64,000 nucleotides of DNA. Origin: Mobula hypostoma (Eukaryota). The DNA lies in assembly GCF_963921235.1 (NCBI RefSeq), contig NC_086097.1:212538001-212602000 (forward strand). Reading direction: 5' to 3'. Position numbers and translations under genes: made by a program. Of the stretch, positions 61,558-64,000 are shown one piece after another; position 1 is the first letter of the stretch; each line of letters starts with the position of its first letter. The notes below the pieces were generated by a model. That model had not been told where the DNA came from, made no database searches, and was given only the letters and a program-made list of their open reading frames with translations.

Positions 61558-63870
61558 ACCAAAATGTTTGACTGAATCAACAGCAGCAAAATATTCTTGA
61601 GTAATGCAGATGCTATCACCAAGTACAAATGCAAAGCAAATGAAGGCCACATATTCAAGACTATATGCTCCTTATCTTGATTGGCTAAATACCAACTTAT
61701 TTTTTAAATTTAACAAATACTGAGATACAGTTAGTATTTAACTTATCTGCGGCATTGTTATATACTGATGTGTAGATATGGACCTCACTGGTAACAAAGT
61801 TCAGTGAGTTTTGGCAAGCTGGATTACATATATGATATGTAATTAAAATGCCCTTCCAGATTCTTATGAGGCTGTCAATCAAGAGAAAAGCAGTTCTTAC
61901 AGCTCCCAATGAACCATATGCACTAACCACTCAACAGGAACTTAAATAGCACCAGACTTCGTTACCAGCAGTTGAAAACTTATCCTGATAAGCTTTATTA
62001 GCAAAATATTTCTTTCTAAATGCTATTATGTTAGAAATATCTTAAATATTGAAATTTTACAGTAATATACTGTCAAAAGTTCTGTTTAATTTTCCTTATT
62101 CTGAACAAATGCTGAAACGAGTTTATTGTAATTCAATATTGTGTTTTAGATCAGAAATGTAAGTTTTTAAAAGATAAAAGTCTTTAAAAATACAAAAATC
62201 ATGAAAATTTTATCAATATTTGTCATGATTTATTTACAAATATTCCAAAATACATGCTTTTTCTTTGCAAATGAGAACTCCATAATCTGCTATGTATTGT
62301 CATTCTATTGTTATTTTCCACTCTGAATGCAATATATCCTGACTCTTAATTCTTGACAAAGAGATGAATACTAAAGAACATTAGCCATATTTAGCAAAAT
62401 ATTTCTGTGTAATTCTGCCTAGATGACAAAACTAAAATAGAAGAATTAACTCCAAACTGGGCCAATGTTCACACAGTGCACTTATTTTGGTTGAAATAGC
62501 TGAAGTGTCACAATGAAACTTCTTTTGTGACCTTCAGAAAATCATTAATAAGATGGACTGGGTGGTTCATAGCAAGTGGCTGATTTTACCTTTTGGCACT
62601 TAAAGTTCTCATTCTCCGCTAAACAGTAAAGATTCATACTTTTCACAAACACTGGCTATTTTTTAGGTACTTAAGGTACATATAAAAGGCTTCATATATT
62701 CATGTGGAAGGTACAAATGCTCTTCCACTATATGGTGCCACTATATATGGTTAGGTACGACTTGGCTTAATTTGGAAGAAGTCTGAGATAACTCTAGCCT
62801 TTCTTCAGAGAGAAGTAATCTGTCAGACATTCCACTTTATTTGTTATCAAAGGCATTTCATTAGTTTTTTTTGTGTAGAAACTAAAAGCATTCTAGCAAG
62901 CAATCAAATGATAATAGCTCTACTTATATTAATTTCCTCTGTTGGGGACAGCACACTGGTAAAGAATAGAACATGCATTTAACTCATTGGCAGTCAAACA
63001 ACTGTTACAAAAGGATCAATGATCTTAAACAAGTCACCAGCATTCTTATGAAACAACTGTTTATCCATGATAGCAATTTATGAGGCATAGCTTTGTTATT
63101 TTCTTAATATTATACTGAAATTACTAAACTCCCAAAGGGATCTTTGTATTACTTCCAATAGTCTCTGATACTGACCTCTCATCAAAGTAACAGAAAGCAA
63201 AGCATTGCAATTTGTCTGACCAGGACCACAATAAAAATGCATCTATTGTTACATGAAGCACCTTCTATGTTATTTTCATCTCTGTTTCTGCCAATCTCTT
63301 ATGCATCAATCCATGAAATTTCTCCTGTAACCCTTATGAAAAGATCCTAAATCTCGCAAGGTTAGTGTGGTCTTCTCAGCAGTGTAGTGACTTGGTCTTC
63401 AATTCCAGTAGAAATGCTGTTCAATGGCGGCTGAGTATCTTTACAGTGAAATTGAAAATAGCCTGAGTTTGCTATATAACTTTCAAATGTTCAGCTTATA
63501 CATCAGAGTTGCTCTGAACCAAGAAAATCTTCACAGGTGCATATTTCAGATACTGTACTGGTCCTCACTAGAGCCCAAAACATCAACACAAGCAATATGT
63601 CATGAACTCAGCCAGGAGTACAAAGAAATTTCCCTCCATGAATCAAACAGTTAGTTTATAATTGTCGTTATCCAAAAATTATGTACTGTTTACAGAAATA
63701 ATAGCTGTAAATGTTGCCTTAAAGTTTATTTCTCAGTACATGTTTTCAAACAATGCAACCTGCAAGCTTTTTGTAAGACAACAAAAACGTCTACTATTGG
63801 AGTTCATATTTTACTGTGTGTTATACTGGAAATAGCTGTTTGACCAGTTATGTCATGCTCCACAGTGACA

Positions 63871-63873
<3 letters not shown>

Positions 63874-63907
<34 letters not shown>
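63874..63907. repeat. (AC)n microsatellite
   Basis: About 17 AC units, read directly. Confidence 0.95.
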
Positions 63908-63909
<2 letters not shown>

Positions 63910-64000
63910 TGGCGTCCCTGTTTTTAATCCTAACAACAATGACCACATTGAAAAGAACATTACAGGCTGCAAACCACTTTGGAATATCTCAAGGATATGA

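Overview
AT-rich vertebrate non-coding DNA (intron or gene desert). The repeat content (CR1 LINEs with esterase ORF1, abundant Rex1/Babar LINE 3' ends, V-SINEs, Penelope pLTR fragments) points to a cartilaginous fish, probably a ray; this is an inference. No host protein-coding exon could be supported. Roughly a third to a half of the window is transposable-element derived: one near full-length CR1 (44146-48624, minus), truncated CR1s, many Rex1/Babar fragments, Tigger/pogo and Tc1-type non-autonomous DNA transposons, a solo LTR, SINEs, a decayed Harbinger transposase and several Penelope-derived elements. Two observations stand out. (1) The CR1 ORF1/ORF2 junction has a correctly phased U_UUA_AAC slippery heptamer directly before the ORF1 stop, and ORF2 has no ATG ahead of its endonuclease domain, suggesting an esterase-endonuclease-RT fusion made by -1 ribosomal frameshifting. 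(2) A dispersed family of Penelope-derived mini-elements carries minimal hammerhead ribozymes; two have intact cores, one within a ~100 bp insertion with a 12-bp target-site duplication. Boundaries of degraded repeats are approximate.
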